The position numbers and the translations under genes are program-made. 64,000 bases of DNA from the NCBI GenBank assembly GCA_963729895.1, contig CAVSQB010000012.1, positions 32,001-96,000 of the forward strand, in the 5' to 3' direction. Source of the stretch: an uncultured Fibrobacterota bacterium. GTDB taxonomy: Bacteria > Fibrobacterota > Chitinivibrionia > Chitinivibrionales > FEN-1185. Below are positions 39,402-49,530 of the stretch, one piece after another (the stretch's first letter is position 1; every line of letters starts with the position of its first letter). Below the pieces are notes generated by a model. It made no database searches. It saw nothing but the letters and a program-made list of their open reading frames with translations, and was not told where the DNA came from.

Positions 39402-39659
39402 TTATCCCTGCAGCTTGCCCACATGAATAAAGAGCCGTGATTTCTTGTTGGCGGCATTATTCTTATGGATAAGCCCACCGCCGGCGCATTTGTCGATGAA
39501 CGATACTGCCATCTTCAGCCTGTCTTGCGCGGCTTTCTTGTCCTTTGAGTCGAGGACATCGCGAATGACGGTGCGGAGTTTCGACCAGTCGCTCCGGTTC
39601 TTGAGATTGGCTTTTTTGCTTTTGCGGACATGCTTTTCACATGCTTTGTGTTGAGGCAT
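39402..39659 (-). CDS. rpsT: 30S ribosomal protein S20
   Basis: Basic 85-aa protein with IHKNNAANKKSRL; RBS AAGGAG. Confidence 0.93.
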   Translation of the reverse strand: MPQHKACEKHVRKSKKANLKNRSDWSKLRTVIRDVLDSKDKKAAQDRLKMAVSFIDKCAGGGLIHKNNAANKKSRLFIHVGKLQG

Positions 39660-39889
39660 TGAGAATACTCCTTGTGATCCTGCTGGCTTGGAAGATTCGG
39701 GACACCATCAAATATAAGCCCTTAAAATATATCCGACGTCCAATCGTTGTCAAATAGTGCTTCTTCGCGGTTTCTTTTGCCGGCAGAGGCATATATTTTC
39801 TAAGAATAACCACTGGGCCGCTCTTGGAGGTATTTTATTCCGGACCGAATTTGGCCCCGTCACCTTCATCAAATACTGCCGGGCGTTCG

Positions 39890-40975
39890 ATGGAAAACGA
39901 AAGAGATACGAAACATGCAACGTTCAATTGTGTTGAATTGTGCGGTGCCATTCATCTCCACACGACGTTTTCCGACGGTGGCGTACACTATCCTGCCCTC
40001 ATTGCGGCGGCAAAGGAAGTCGGGCTCGATTTCATCGTTGTCACCGATCATGCATCCCTCGAAGGAAGAAATGCCGGGTACGAGGGTTTTTCCGGCAAGC
40101 TGCTTGTGTGCGTCGGTTATGAGCACAACGACGCGAACAACATCAACCACTACCTGGCCCTCGGATGCGACACGGTTGTAAACTACCGCGAGACGCCGCA
40201 AGGGTATATCGACAGGATAAAGGCCCAAGGGGGCATCGGTTTTATCGCCCATCCCATTGAGGTGCGCCATTATTTCGACAAATACCCTCCGTATCCCTGG
40301 AAAGAATGGGACGCCACAGGCTTTGACGGGATAGAACTGTGGAACCAGATGTCCGATTGGCTGGAGAACCTGAGAAGCCGACTCCACTTTGTGAAGTTGT
40401 TTTACCCGCGCCGGTTCCTCATGGAAGTCAAGAAAGAACTCCTTGCACGCTGGGACAATCTGAACAGGCGGCGATTCGTGAGCGGCATAGGCGGTGTTGA
40501 TGCGCATACCATGAAAATGCGGCTCGGCCCGTTCAGGTTAACCATATTCCCCATCAAGGTGGAACTCAAAGGAATCCGTACCCACGTGTACCTGGATCGT
40601 TCCTTGCCTCAAGACGACGCGGCTGCAGCGCAGGCAATGCTCCTTACGGCGCTTGGAAACGGCAACGGGTTTGTGTCCAACTATCGGCGGGGAAACGCGC
40701 AAGGAACCCGGATTTTTCTTGTGGACGCAGAGGGCCGCTCCCGGTATCCCGGACTTGCCGCGGATGAGCCGAAGTTGCCGGGGCGCCTGGTCGTGAGCAT
40801 CCCCGAAAAAGCGGCTGTCCGTCTTGTGCACAACGGTAAACACGTTGCGGAAGCGGGGGGCAGGAACGCGGAATTTGCAATATCGTCGAGTGGAGTTTAC
40901 AGAATAGAAGTTTATAAAGGAAAATATGCGTGGATCTATTCAAACCCGTTTCCCGTGGGGCGATATCCGCTGTAG
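39890..40975 (+). CDS. PHP-domain metallo-phosphoesterase (CehA/McbA-like)
   Basis: IHLHTTFSDG, VTDH, IAHP, GIELWN, GGVDAH, C-terminal WIYSNP. Confidence 0.85.
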   Translation: MENERDTKHATFNCVELCGAIHLHTTFSDGGVHYPALIAAAKEVGLDFIVVTDHASLEGRNAGYEGFSGKLLVCVGYEHNDANNINHYLALGCDTVVNYRETPQGYIDRIKAQGGIGFIAHPIEVRHYFDKYPPYPWKEWDATGFDGIELWNQMSDWLENLRSRLHFVKLFYPRRFLMEVKKELLARWDNLNRRRFVSGIGGVDAHTMKMRLGPFRLTIFPIKVELKGIRTHVYLDRSLPQDDAAAAQAMLLTALGNGNGFVSNYRRGNAQGTRIFLVDAEGRSRYPGLAADEPKLPGRLVVSIPEKAAVRLVHNGKHVAEAGGRNAEFAISSSGVYRIEVYKGKYAWIYSNPFPVGRYPL

Positions 40976-41017
40976 TTCTCAACGGATGGTGCGGATGACG
41001 TTGCAAAGCGGGCGCCC

Positions 41018-41983
41018 ATGAGGCCCCTGTTCCTCGTTCGTTGCGCCGATGCCGTAATTCTTTCGAGGCCGCTTTTGTGGATCCCGGTGTGGGGATTCAG
41101 CATTTTTGGGTACATTTGCGGGTTGCGAAGCCTTGGCAGGTCTTCCCTTTGGGCCGCCTGGACGTCTCCGCCGTCCGTCCCCGGGTGGATGTTTGTATTT
41201 TCGTTTTCCGTCGGCGCCGTATACGTGTACAACCAGATCGCCGACAAAGAAGTGGACGCGGTGAACTCCGGTTTCCCGCTGTTGGCGCGAGGCAATGTTC
41301 CGCCATGGCTTGCATGGATCACCGCCGCCGGCCTGGCTCTTGCTTCGGTGCTTATTCCGCTCGGCAAACGACCTCTGCTCTCAGTCTTTTCCTTACTGGC
41401 GCTGGCTGTCGGATTTGTCTACAGCGCAAAACCGACGCATCTTTCGGGCCGGTTCATTGCCGATTTCCTTACCAATGCCGTCGGCTACGCTCTCATTGCC
41501 TTTGGCGCCGGCTGGTATCTGACGGGCGCGCCCTTTGGAATTCAGTTCTTCCTTTCATCCGTGCCATATTTTTTTCTCATGTGCGCAGGCTCCATCAGTT
41601 CAACGCTGCCCGATTACGAAGGTGACCGGAAATGCGGCAAGAAAACCACCGCGGTTACCCTCGGCGTTGGGTCGGCCCACAAAATCGCGTCGCTGTTTAT
41701 CGCGGCCGGGCTTCTTTCTTCTCTGCTCTTGCGCGATTGGATCGCCGCGGCATGCGCCTGCGCAGCTGTTCCTTTCTACTGTGCGTTTCTTGTTCGAAAC
41801 ACCGTTCGAACAATGGAAGCAACCTACAAGATAGGCGGAATGATTCTGATGCTGGCCGCCGCGGTGCTGTATCCTTATTTAGCGCCGGCTTCACTACTGT
41901 CGCTCCTGGTAACCATGGTTTATTTTCGCATGAGGTTTCATGTCCGGTACCCATCTCTTGTCCCCGATCAGCCGAAACCGTGA
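41018..41983 (+). CDS. UbiA-superfamily prenyltransferase
   Basis: Multi-TM; Asp-rich motifs NQIADKEVDAVN and DYEGDRKCGKKT; YS..P. Confidence 0.88.
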   Translation: MRPLFLVRCADAVILSRPLLWIPVWGFSIFGYICGLRSLGRSSLWAAWTSPPSVPGWMFVFSFSVGAVYVYNQIADKEVDAVNSGFPLLARGNVPPWLAWITAAGLALASVLIPLGKRPLLSVFSLLALAVGFVYSAKPTHLSGRFIADFLTNAVGYALIAFGAGWYLTGAPFGIQFFLSSVPYFFLMCAGSISSTLPDYEGDRKCGKKTTAVTLGVGSAHKIASLFIAAGLLSSLLLRDWIAAACACAAVPFYCAFLVRNTVRTMEATYKIGGMILMLAAAVLYPYLAPASLLSLLVTMVYFRMRFHVRYPSLVPDQPKP

Positions 41984-42992
41984 ACGAACGCTGTTCTTTG
42001 CCGCGCTGTGCGCTTGCATGTCGCCCTGTTTTGGTTTCACGCTTCCGCCGCAGCAAAAACAGGCCGCAAACGCGGCAATAGAACGGATGGTTGCCAGCGA
42101 CTACAGCGGCGCCATTGTCGTGTGCGACTCGCTGATCCGGTTCGACCCGGCCGATCCCTTGGGTTGGATGCTGCGATTGTCGGCCATCGGCCTTCACGAT
42201 CTCGACCTCGACAGCGTAACGGACTCGCTCGATTTTCCCGGCGCCTTCAAGAAAACAGGCGACGTGCTGTTCGCCTACGAGCGTGACCACGGCGTTTCGT
42301 CGTACTCGTCTACGGTAAAGGGATTTGCAGGGGCCATCGCCGCAGCGCATAGTATATGGAGAAAGAAATACTTTGCAGGCCTCGATCTCGGCCTTGATGC
42401 ATTGGCTAAATTACGGGAGGCGAAAAGGCTCGACAACACAAATTGCGACGTCGATCTTTTTCTGGGGCTCTACACCTACGCGCGTGCCGATCTTAAGAAA
42501 ACGTTCTGGTGGGCGTTCTTTTTGTACTCCGGCGACAAGGAAGCGGGCATCAGGAGCATCCGTGCGTGCAGCAGAAATGCTCAGTTTTGCCGGCTGGTGG
42601 CAACGTTGCTTTTAGGAGAAGTGGCGTTCCGCGAAAAAAGGACCGGCGAATCCGATTCCATCACCACCGGCCTCCTGCACGCCTACCCGGGCAGCAGGCT
42701 GGTGCAGTGGACATGTGCGAAACGCGGTGAATCGATTCATTCGTACGGCGAAGCCGCGGAATCCTACCGGATTCTCGCCGACGCCTACGACTCCATTCCG
42801 CGCGCGAAGAGGAACGCGCTTTTTACGCGCACAAAGACGGCCCATTCGTATTTTTCCGCCGGATCATTTGAACAAGCCAGGCTGGCCTGCCTGAGTGTCA
42901 TTGCACGGGAAAAAGGCCCCTGTGACGACTTTTGCAGACAGATGTGCAGGGACGCGGAAAAACTTCTTGGCAAATTGCCTTCCGAAAAATAA
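41940..42992 (+). CDS. Exported helical-repeat (TPR-like) protein
   Basis: Signal-like segment; helical repeats (AKRLDNTNCDVDLFLGLYTY, GDKEAGI); fills the operon gap. Start uncertain. Confidence 0.65.
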   Translation: MSGTHLLSPISRNRERTLFFAALCACMSPCFGFTLPPQQKQAANAAIERMVASDYSGAIVVCDSLIRFDPADPLGWMLRLSAIGLHDLDLDSVTDSLDFPGAFKKTGDVLFAYERDHGVSSYSSTVKGFAGAIAAAHSIWRKKYFAGLDLGLDALAKLREAKRLDNTNCDVDLFLGLYTYARADLKKTFWWAFFLYSGDKEAGIRSIRACSRNAQFCRLVATLLLGEVAFREKRTGESDSITTGLLHAYPGSRLVQWTCAKRGESIHSYGEAAESYRILADAYDSIPRAKRNALFTRTKTAHSYFSAGSFEQARLACLSVIAREKGPCDDFCRQMCRDAEKLLGKLPSEK

Positions 42993-43006
42993 CACCGAGG
43001 AATATA

Positions 43007-43222
43007 ATGATCGACATTGACAATGCGACGTGTGATGTATGTGCAACATGCGTGAGTGTGTGTCCGGTTGACGCCATCGTTCTTGACGACCGCGTAACGA
43101 TTGACAACAAGAAATGTATTTCGTGCGGCAGGTGCGTTGCCGTGTGCCCGGTGGGCGCACTCACCACTGCAGACCGGGCAGGCGCACCCGCGCCGATTCG
43201 GGAGAAAGGAACGGGGACGTGA
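43007..43222 (+). CDS. 2x[4Fe-4S] ferredoxin
   Basis: CDVCATCVSVCP and CISCGRCVAVCP; ATG after GAGG; stop overlaps the next start (GTGA). Confidence 0.92.
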   Translation: MIDIDNATCDVCATCVSVCPVDAIVLDDRVTIDNKKCISCGRCVAVCPVGALTTADRAGAPAPIREKGTGT

Positions 43223-44382
43223 CGAGTACGCGGCACTTCGATATAGCGGTAATCGGCGGCGGGCCGGCGGGCATCATGGCGGCCACGCATGCCGTCAAAG
43301 GGGGAAGAACGGTATGTCTCGTGGACCGCAAGAAGTCGCCGGGGTATCCTGTCCGCTGCGGCGAGGCGATCGGCCTCAAGGGGTTTGCATCAAGTGTGAA
43401 CCTTAAACAGGAATGGATACGAAGCAAAATTTCCCGCATGAAACTGGTTTCTCCCTCCGGAATTGCGGTTACCGTGCCGAACAACTACGAGGGATACATC
43501 GTTGATCGCGAAAGAATGGAGAAGGACCTCACGGCGGATGCCATGGCCCTGGGTGCGGAGTTCTTTCCCGGCACGTCCATAGTGTCCGTTTTGCCGCATG
43601 CCGGCGGAGGCTATGAATGCACGAGCAGGGGAGCCGTGATTCGCGCGCAATGCGTAATTCTTGCCGAGGGTGTTGAATCGAGACTTGCTCGTGCACTTGG
43701 GTGGACAACATGCCTTGCGCCCGGCGATATTCACTCCTGTGCGTTTGCGAGGATTGCGCACGACGAGGTCGAACCCGGAGCCTGCGTTTTTTATCTTGGC
43801 TCCGGGCGCGCTCCGGGCGGCTATGTCTGGGTGTTCCATCGCGGCGGTAACACCGCAAACGTCGGTCTCGGAGTTATTGGTACACGTTGCCAAAAGGGAA
43901 TGCCGCGCGCGCTGCTGTATAGCTTTATTAACGAGAAGTTTCCCGGGGCTCGCGTCACCGATTTCCACTGCGGGGGCGTTCCCATGGGAAAATGGATACG
44001 ACCGCTCGTCAAGGGAGGGGTGATGCTTGCCGGCGATGCCGCTCATATGATGAATTGCGTGAGCGGAGCCGGGATAGCGTATGCGCTCTATTCCGGAAGA
44101 ACAGCCGGAACAGTGGCGGCAGAGTCGTTCTCGGGAGGAACCTGTTCCCACGAATCGCTCAAGAAGTATCAGGACCGGTGGGCTTCGTTCTACGGCAGGC
44201 AACAGGACCGGTCGTATGCGATCAAGGAAGTGATGGTGGGATTCACGGATGTTTTTCTCGACGGAGTCGCTCGCTCCGTTACGAAGAATGGAGCGAAAAA
44301 GATGACCATCTTGTCTATATTTGTCAAAGCATTCATCAACCGCCCTTTGCTTTTGCTCAAGGTAATGCGCTTGCTGCGGTGA
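43219..44382 (+). CDS. Geranylgeranyl reductase-family FAD oxidoreductase
   Basis: IGGGPAG, GYPVRCGEA, PGGYVWVF, ANVGLG, GDAA, GAGI. Confidence 0.88.
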   Translation: MTSTRHFDIAVIGGGPAGIMAATHAVKGGRTVCLVDRKKSPGYPVRCGEAIGLKGFASSVNLKQEWIRSKISRMKLVSPSGIAVTVPNNYEGYIVDRERMEKDLTADAMALGAEFFPGTSIVSVLPHAGGGYECTSRGAVIRAQCVILAEGVESRLARALGWTTCLAPGDIHSCAFARIAHDEVEPGACVFYLGSGRAPGGYVWVFHRGGNTANVGLGVIGTRCQKGMPRALLYSFINEKFPGARVTDFHCGGVPMGKWIRPLVKGGVMLAGDAAHMMNCVSGAGIAYALYSGRTAGTVAAESFSGGTCSHESLKKYQDRWASFYGRQQDRSYAIKEVMVGFTDVFLDGVARSVTKNGAKKMTILSIFVKAFINRPLLLLKVMRLLR

Positions 44383-44650
44383 TCCTCGCCTTTGCAAGGA
44401 CTCAACGTTGGCGTTATCTTCCTCGCCCGTTGCATAACCGTATTCCTCCAGAAAGTATTCTTTCCTTGCAGCACCCGTACCGTGCGGCGTGCGGCGCGCG
44501 GCACGCACATGATCGAGTGAAGACGCCGAATGTCCACTTTCCATCGGCGCGGCACCTCATTTTATTAAAGTACCTGCCGGAGCTATAAACTATTTTTTGC
44601 GGGTTGTATCTGCGCTTTTCTGAAAAATGATTTTGCAAAGTAAAGGGGCC

Positions 44651-46738
44651 ATGATGGCGAAGGACGTGCTGCAGAGGGTGGCGGACAACATACGGGTGCT
44701 TTCGGCCGCAATGGTGGAAAAAGCGAATTCCGGCCACCCCGGCGGAGCAATGGGCGGCGCAGATTTCATCGCCGTTCTGTTTTCCGAATTTCTGTCGTAT
44801 GATCCGAACGATATGAAATGGCCCAACCGCGACCGGTTCTTCCTTGATCCGGGCCACATGTCCCCGATGCTTTATTCGATTCTTCTGCTCACGGGACATT
44901 TCACCATGGACGATATCCGCAATTTTCGCCAGTGGGGAAGCGTCACGCCCGGACATCCGGAACTTGACGTTGCGCGCGGGATAGAAAACACGGCCGGCCC
45001 TTTGGGCGAAGGGCACGCGATAGCGCTCGGCGCAGCTATCGCAGAACGGTTTTTTGCGGCTCGGTTCGGGGAGTGGCTTTCCCATAAAACGTATGGCTAT
45101 ATCTCCGACGGGGGCGTGCAGGAGGAAATTGCCCAGGGTGTGGGGCGTCTTGCCGGACATCTTGGACTTTCGAACTTTATTGTTTTCTACGATTCAAATG
45201 CCGTTCAATTATCCACGCCGACCTCCTCTGTGACAAGTGAAGACACCGCAAAAAAATACGAGGCATGGGGATGGCGGGTGGAAACCATTCCGGGAAACGA
45301 CATCGCACACATTCGCAACGCACTGACGAAGGCGAACGCGGAAAAAACGCGTCCCACCCTTATCATCGGCGCGACAACAATGGCAAAAGGGGCTCTGGAT
45401 GACAAGGGCGAATGCTTTGAGGGAAAAGTCGAAACGCACGGAATGCCGCTTTCCAAAGCGGGGGCCTCAGCGGAACTGACGATCCGGAACTGCGGGGGCG
45501 ATCCCGGGAATCCTTTTGCAATATTCCCTGATGTACAAGAGTATGTCGCCGCAGTCCGCGAGCGAAAAATAGGCGAGGCGGGCTTGAAACGAATGCGGCA
45601 GGAGCAGTGGGAAAGAGAAAATCCCGAACTTTCCGGAAAACTTCGCCGATTCTGGTCCGGCGAACTTCCCCTCATCGACTACGGAAGCATCGAACACAAA
45701 CCGAATGCGGCAACCAGAGTGGCATCGGGAAAAGTGCTCTCGGTATTTGCGCAAAAAGTTGAGAACATGATCGTTTCTTCGGCCGACCTGTGCAACAGCG
45801 ACAACACCGACGGGTTCCTCAAGGGTGGTTCGAGGATATTCACCAGAGGCGATTTCGGCGGAGGATTCCTCCAGGCGGGGGTCGCAGAGCACACCATGGC
45901 CGGCATCATGAACGGAATTGCCCTGCACGGCGGCATCGTACCGGTGTGCGGCACATTCTTTGTCTTTTCCGATTTTATGAAACCGTCGCTGCGGCTGGCT
46001 GCTCTCATGAAACTGCCGGTCAAATATGTCTGGTCGCACGATTCATTCCGCGTGGGTGAAGACGGGCCCACTCATCAACCGATTGAGCATGAGGCCCAGG
46101 CGCGGCTTCTCGAAAAGATGAAGAATTCGGACGGCAAGAGAAGCATGCTTGTGCTCAGGCCGGCCGACGCGGCGGAAACAAGCATAGCGTGGAAAATCGC
46201 GATGGAGAACAATCACGCTCCTACGGCGCTTTTGTTGTCGCGCCAGGCAATGCGCGATTTGCCCGCACCTTCGGGCGTACGGCGCTTCGATCACGCGAGC
46301 GGCGCCCGGCGCGGCGCGTACACCGTGTTTGAAACCGCGAAGACGCCGGACATCGTGTGCATCGCAAACGGGTCCGAGGTTGCAACGCTTGTTGACGCCG
46401 CACGAAAGCTGTCGGATTCCGGGCGGCTGTCGCTGCGGGTGGTATCGGTAATCTCGGAGGGATTATTTCACGACCAACCCATTGACTATCAAGAAACGGT
46501 TATTCCCTTTGGCGTCCCGGTGTTCGGACTTACCGCCGGACTGCCCGTCACGCTGAGGGATGTGGCAGGCCTGTTCGGCGTTGTGCACGGCATGGAGAGG
46601 TTCGGCGCATCCGCGCCGTTTCCGGTGCTCGAGGGGAAATTCGGTTTTACGCCGGACGCAGTGGTCCCGCAAATCGAGGCTTTTTACGAGGACCATAAGC
46701 GATTGGTAGTCAGGTTGGCAGGCGCGCTCAAACGCTGA
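44651..46738 (+). CDS. tkt: Transketolase
   Basis: SGHPGGAMG, RDRF, TPGHPE, GPLG, SDG, SADL, GVAEH, GTFFVFSDF, HDSFRVGEDGPTHQPIE, RPAD. Confidence 0.96.
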   Translation: MMAKDVLQRVADNIRVLSAAMVEKANSGHPGGAMGGADFIAVLFSEFLSYDPNDMKWPNRDRFFLDPGHMSPMLYSILLLTGHFTMDDIRNFRQWGSVTPGHPELDVARGIENTAGPLGEGHAIALGAAIAERFFAARFGEWLSHKTYGYISDGGVQEEIAQGVGRLAGHLGLSNFIVFYDSNAVQLSTPTSSVTSEDTAKKYEAWGWRVETIPGNDIAHIRNALTKANAEKTRPTLIIGATTMAKGALDDKGECFEGKVETHGMPLSKAGASAELTIRNCGGDPGNPFAIFPDVQEYVAAVRERKIGEAGLKRMRQEQWERENPELSGKLRRFWSGELPLIDYGSIEHKPNAATRVASGKVLSVFAQKVENMIVSSADLCNSDNTDGFLKGGSRIFTRGDFGGGFLQAGVAEHTMAGIMNGIALHGGIVPVCGTFFVFSDFMKPSLRLAALMKLPVKYVWSHDSFRVGEDGPTHQPIEHEAQARLLEKMKNSDGKRSMLVLRPADAAETSIAWKIAMENNHAPTALLLSRQAMRDLPAPSGVRRFDHASGARRGAYTVFETAKTPDIVCIANGSEVATLVDAARKLSDSGRLSLRVVSVISEGLFHDQPIDYQETVIPFGVPVFGLTAGLPVTLRDVAGLFGVVHGMERFGASAPFPVLEGKFGFTPDAVVPQIEAFYEDHKRLVVRLAGALKR

Positions 46739-46808
46739 CGGCGAATTTGCCCCGGGTGGGAAGCCCGCCCGGCCCTATGCCGACTCGAAATCCCAGGGAG
46801 GTATTCAT

Positions 46809-47336
46809 ATGAGAATCGGGGTTGTGGGCGACACTCACCGGAACGTGCAGTATCTGACTGACGCAGTCGATTGGCTTTCGGCGCGGCAAAAGATAGCCAT
46901 GTTGTATCACCTCGGTGACGATTACGATGATGTAAAAGCGCTTGCCGAAAAGTATGTCGACATCGTGCAGGTGCCGGGGCTCTACGACGAACGATATACG
47001 AATGGCTCTCTTCCAAAAAAAATCATGGAAAATGTTCTTGGCATCAGGATTCTGCTCGTTCATTCCATGGAAAAGGATGTGACCAAGGACGACAAGATGA
47101 CCGCCGACATCATTCTTCACGGCCATTCGCACCGCAGCAGCATCACCCTCGAAGATGGTCTCTTGTGCATGAACCCTGGGCATCTCAAAGGGCCCAAGGA
47201 CAAGAATTTTCCTCCCACATTCGGGCTACTTGACATACAGGACAAGAACATTCAGGCAAAAATATTCAGCCTCGATTTCAAATTGGTGTCGTCCATGGAG
47301 CTCTTCCGGTCGGAAAATAGACTTTACAAAGTGTAG
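46809..47336 (+). CDS. YfcE-like calcineurin-type metallophosphoesterase
   Basis: GDTH, HLGD, HGHSH, NPG motifs. Confidence 0.85.
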   Translation: MRIGVVGDTHRNVQYLTDAVDWLSARQKIAMLYHLGDDYDDVKALAEKYVDIVQVPGLYDERYTNGSLPKKIMENVLGIRILLVHSMEKDVTKDDKMTADIILHGHSHRSSITLEDGLLCMNPGHLKGPKDKNFPPTFGLLDIQDKNIQAKIFSLDFKLVSSMELFRSENRLYKV

Positions 47337-47434
47337 CACCGACATGCCAAGGAGAAAGTCAACCGCTGCCCGGCCGCCGGGTCGGGAAGTTTTGATTTTC
47401 GTTCGCGCACCTCATGCAAGGCGCATTGCTTCCA

Positions 47435-49429
47435 ATGGATAGTTCATTCCTCAGCACAACGGTTATCGTTTTCGGGCTTTCCATTCTTGTTCTTCTCCTT
47501 TGTTACCGCCTGAGAATTCCAACAATCGTCGGTTTTCTTCTCACCGGCGTGCTTGCGGGGCCTGCGGGGTTCGGGCTCGTTACTCATCAGAAAGAAGTTG
47601 AAACTCTTGCCCAAATCGGAGTAGTCCTGCTTCTATTCAGCATCGGCATTGAGTTCTCCCTAAAGAATCTTGTCCAGATCCGAAAGACGGTCTTCGTGGG
47701 GGGAACGCTTCAGGTGCTCCTCACGGTGGCTGCGGCAACCCTGGTATCTCTGCTGCTCGGCCGGACGCTTGCACAGTCCGTGTTCATGGGATTTCTTCTT
47801 TCGCTCAGCAGCACGGCAATAGTCCTCAAGCGGTACCAGGAAAAGGCGGAAGTGGAAAGTCCGCAGGGTAAGACCAGCCTCGGCATATTGATCTTCCAGG
47901 ATCTTGCCGTAGTTCCCATGATGCTGCTCATTCCCATCATGTCCGGCACAGCAACGAATCTTGGTTCGTCTGTGGCCGTGCTGCTTGTGAAAATTGCCGG
48001 GATTGCCGTGTGTATGGTGGCCTTGATAAAATGGGTTGTTCCTCACGTCCTTTTCTGGGTCGCAAAAACGAGGAGCCGGGAGCTTTTTCTTCTCTCCATT
48101 ATCGTCGCATGCTTTTCCATTGCATGGCTCACCTCCAGCGCCGGCCTGTCGCTCGCGCTCGGGGCGTTTCTTTCAGGCCTCATATTGTCGGAATCGGAAT
48201 ACAGCTATCAGGCGCTCGGTTCCATCCTTCCATTCCGCGACGTTTTTACCAGTGTATTCTTCATTTCGATAGGCATGCTGTTCGACATCGATTTCTTCCT
48301 GCAGCATCCTGTTCTCATCGTGCTGTGTGCGGCATGCGTTCTTGTGGGAAAAGTTCTCATCGCATCGGTGGTACCCGCTCTTCTCGGATTTCCGTTGCGT
48401 ACCATGGCTCTTGTCGGGCTCGCGCTCGGACAGGTGGGCGAGTTTTCGTTCATCCTGGCTCGCGCGGGATTGGATTTTCACCTGCTCGACAGGAACTCCT
48501 ACCAGGTCTTTCTGGGGGTTTCCATTTTGACAATGGCGGCAACGCCCTCTATCATGGCATCGGGGTCCTGGATAACCGACAGGCTGCTGTCGCTTCCGTT
48601 CCCAAAACGCATCCGCTCCGGCCTGCAAAGCGGCAATGAGGCGGCCGGCGCAGACCAATCCCTCGCCTTAAGAGACCATCTGATCATCATTGGCTTCGGG
48701 GTGAACGGACGAAACGTGGCGCGGGCGGCAAAAGCGGCGGGGATTCCCTATGTGATAACCGAAATGAACCCGGACACGGTCCGAAACGAAAAAGCGGCAG
48801 GCGAGCCGATTTTCTACGGTGACGCCACCCAGGAAGCCGTATTGTCGCATGTGAAGGTGCGCCAGGCGCGCGTGGTTGCCGTGGGAATACCCGACTTCGT
48901 TGCAACGAGGCGGACGGTTGAAATCGCCAGGAAGCTCAATCCATCGGTCCACATCATCGCACGGACGCGCTTCTTCCAGGAGGCCGGGCCCCTATATGAA
49001 CTCGGCGCCAGTGAGGTAGTTCCGGAAGAATTTGAGACCTCGGTTGAAATATTCACACGGGTGCTTATGAAATACCTTGTCCCTCGAGACAAGATCGAAC
49101 AGTTCGTCGCGGAGGTTCGGTCCGACGGCTATCAGATGTTCAGGAGTCCTTCAGGTGAAAAGACGTCTTTTTCGGACCTCAGGTTTGCGCTTCCCGATAT
49201 GGAAGTAAACATGATGTGGGTAGGTGAGGGGTCGTTCCTGGCCGGCACGACAATTGCGGAAATCAACTTGCGGCGTACGTATGGAATAACGCTCCTGGCG
49301 GTCCGCAGGGAGGCGGAAGTAATCTCCAACCCGGACAGCAGCCTTGCGTTGCGCGCGGGCGACATCCTCGTTATATTGGGAAGGCCCGAGGACAACGTGA
49401 AGTTTACCGAAGCCCTTGCGGCCCGGTAA
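47435..49429 (+). CDS. CPA2 cation:proton antiporter (Kef-type) with TrkA-N and TrkA-C domains
   Basis: LSSTAIV, GILIFQD, ALGAF, QVGEFSF; GFGVNG and YGDAT (RCK); ISNP...LRAGD (TrkA-C). Confidence 0.92.
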   Translation: MDSSFLSTTVIVFGLSILVLLLCYRLRIPTIVGFLLTGVLAGPAGFGLVTHQKEVETLAQIGVVLLLFSIGIEFSLKNLVQIRKTVFVGGTLQVLLTVAAATLVSLLLGRTLAQSVFMGFLLSLSSTAIVLKRYQEKAEVESPQGKTSLGILIFQDLAVVPMMLLIPIMSGTATNLGSSVAVLLVKIAGIAVCMVALIKWVVPHVLFWVAKTRSRELFLLSIIVACFSIAWLTSSAGLSLALGAFLSGLILSESEYSYQALGSILPFRDVFTSVFFISIGMLFDIDFFLQHPVLIVLCAACVLVGKVLIASVVPALLGFPLRTMALVGLALGQVGEFSFILARAGLDFHLLDRNSYQVFLGVSILTMAATPSIMASGSWITDRLLSLPFPKRIRSGLQSGNEAAGADQSLALRDHLIIIGFGVNGRNVARAAKAAGIPYVITEMNPDTVRNEKAAGEPIFYGDATQEAVLSHVKVRQARVVAVGIPDFVATRRTVEIARKLNPSVHIIARTRFFQEAGPLYELGASEVVPEEFETSVEIFTRVLMKYLVPRDKIEQFVAEVRSDGYQMFRSPSGEKTSFSDLRFALPDMEVNMMWVGEGSFLAGTTIAEINLRRTYGITLLAVRREAEVISNPDSSLALRAGDILVILGRPEDNVKFTEALAAR

Positions 49430-49530
49430 GGCATGAGGGGGGCCTGATGATGATAAGGGTGTGGATCGGGACAGCGGTTGCGGGAAGGCGCCGGCGCTCC
49501 GCTCCCGATAAACGGCAGTCCGGTTGACGG

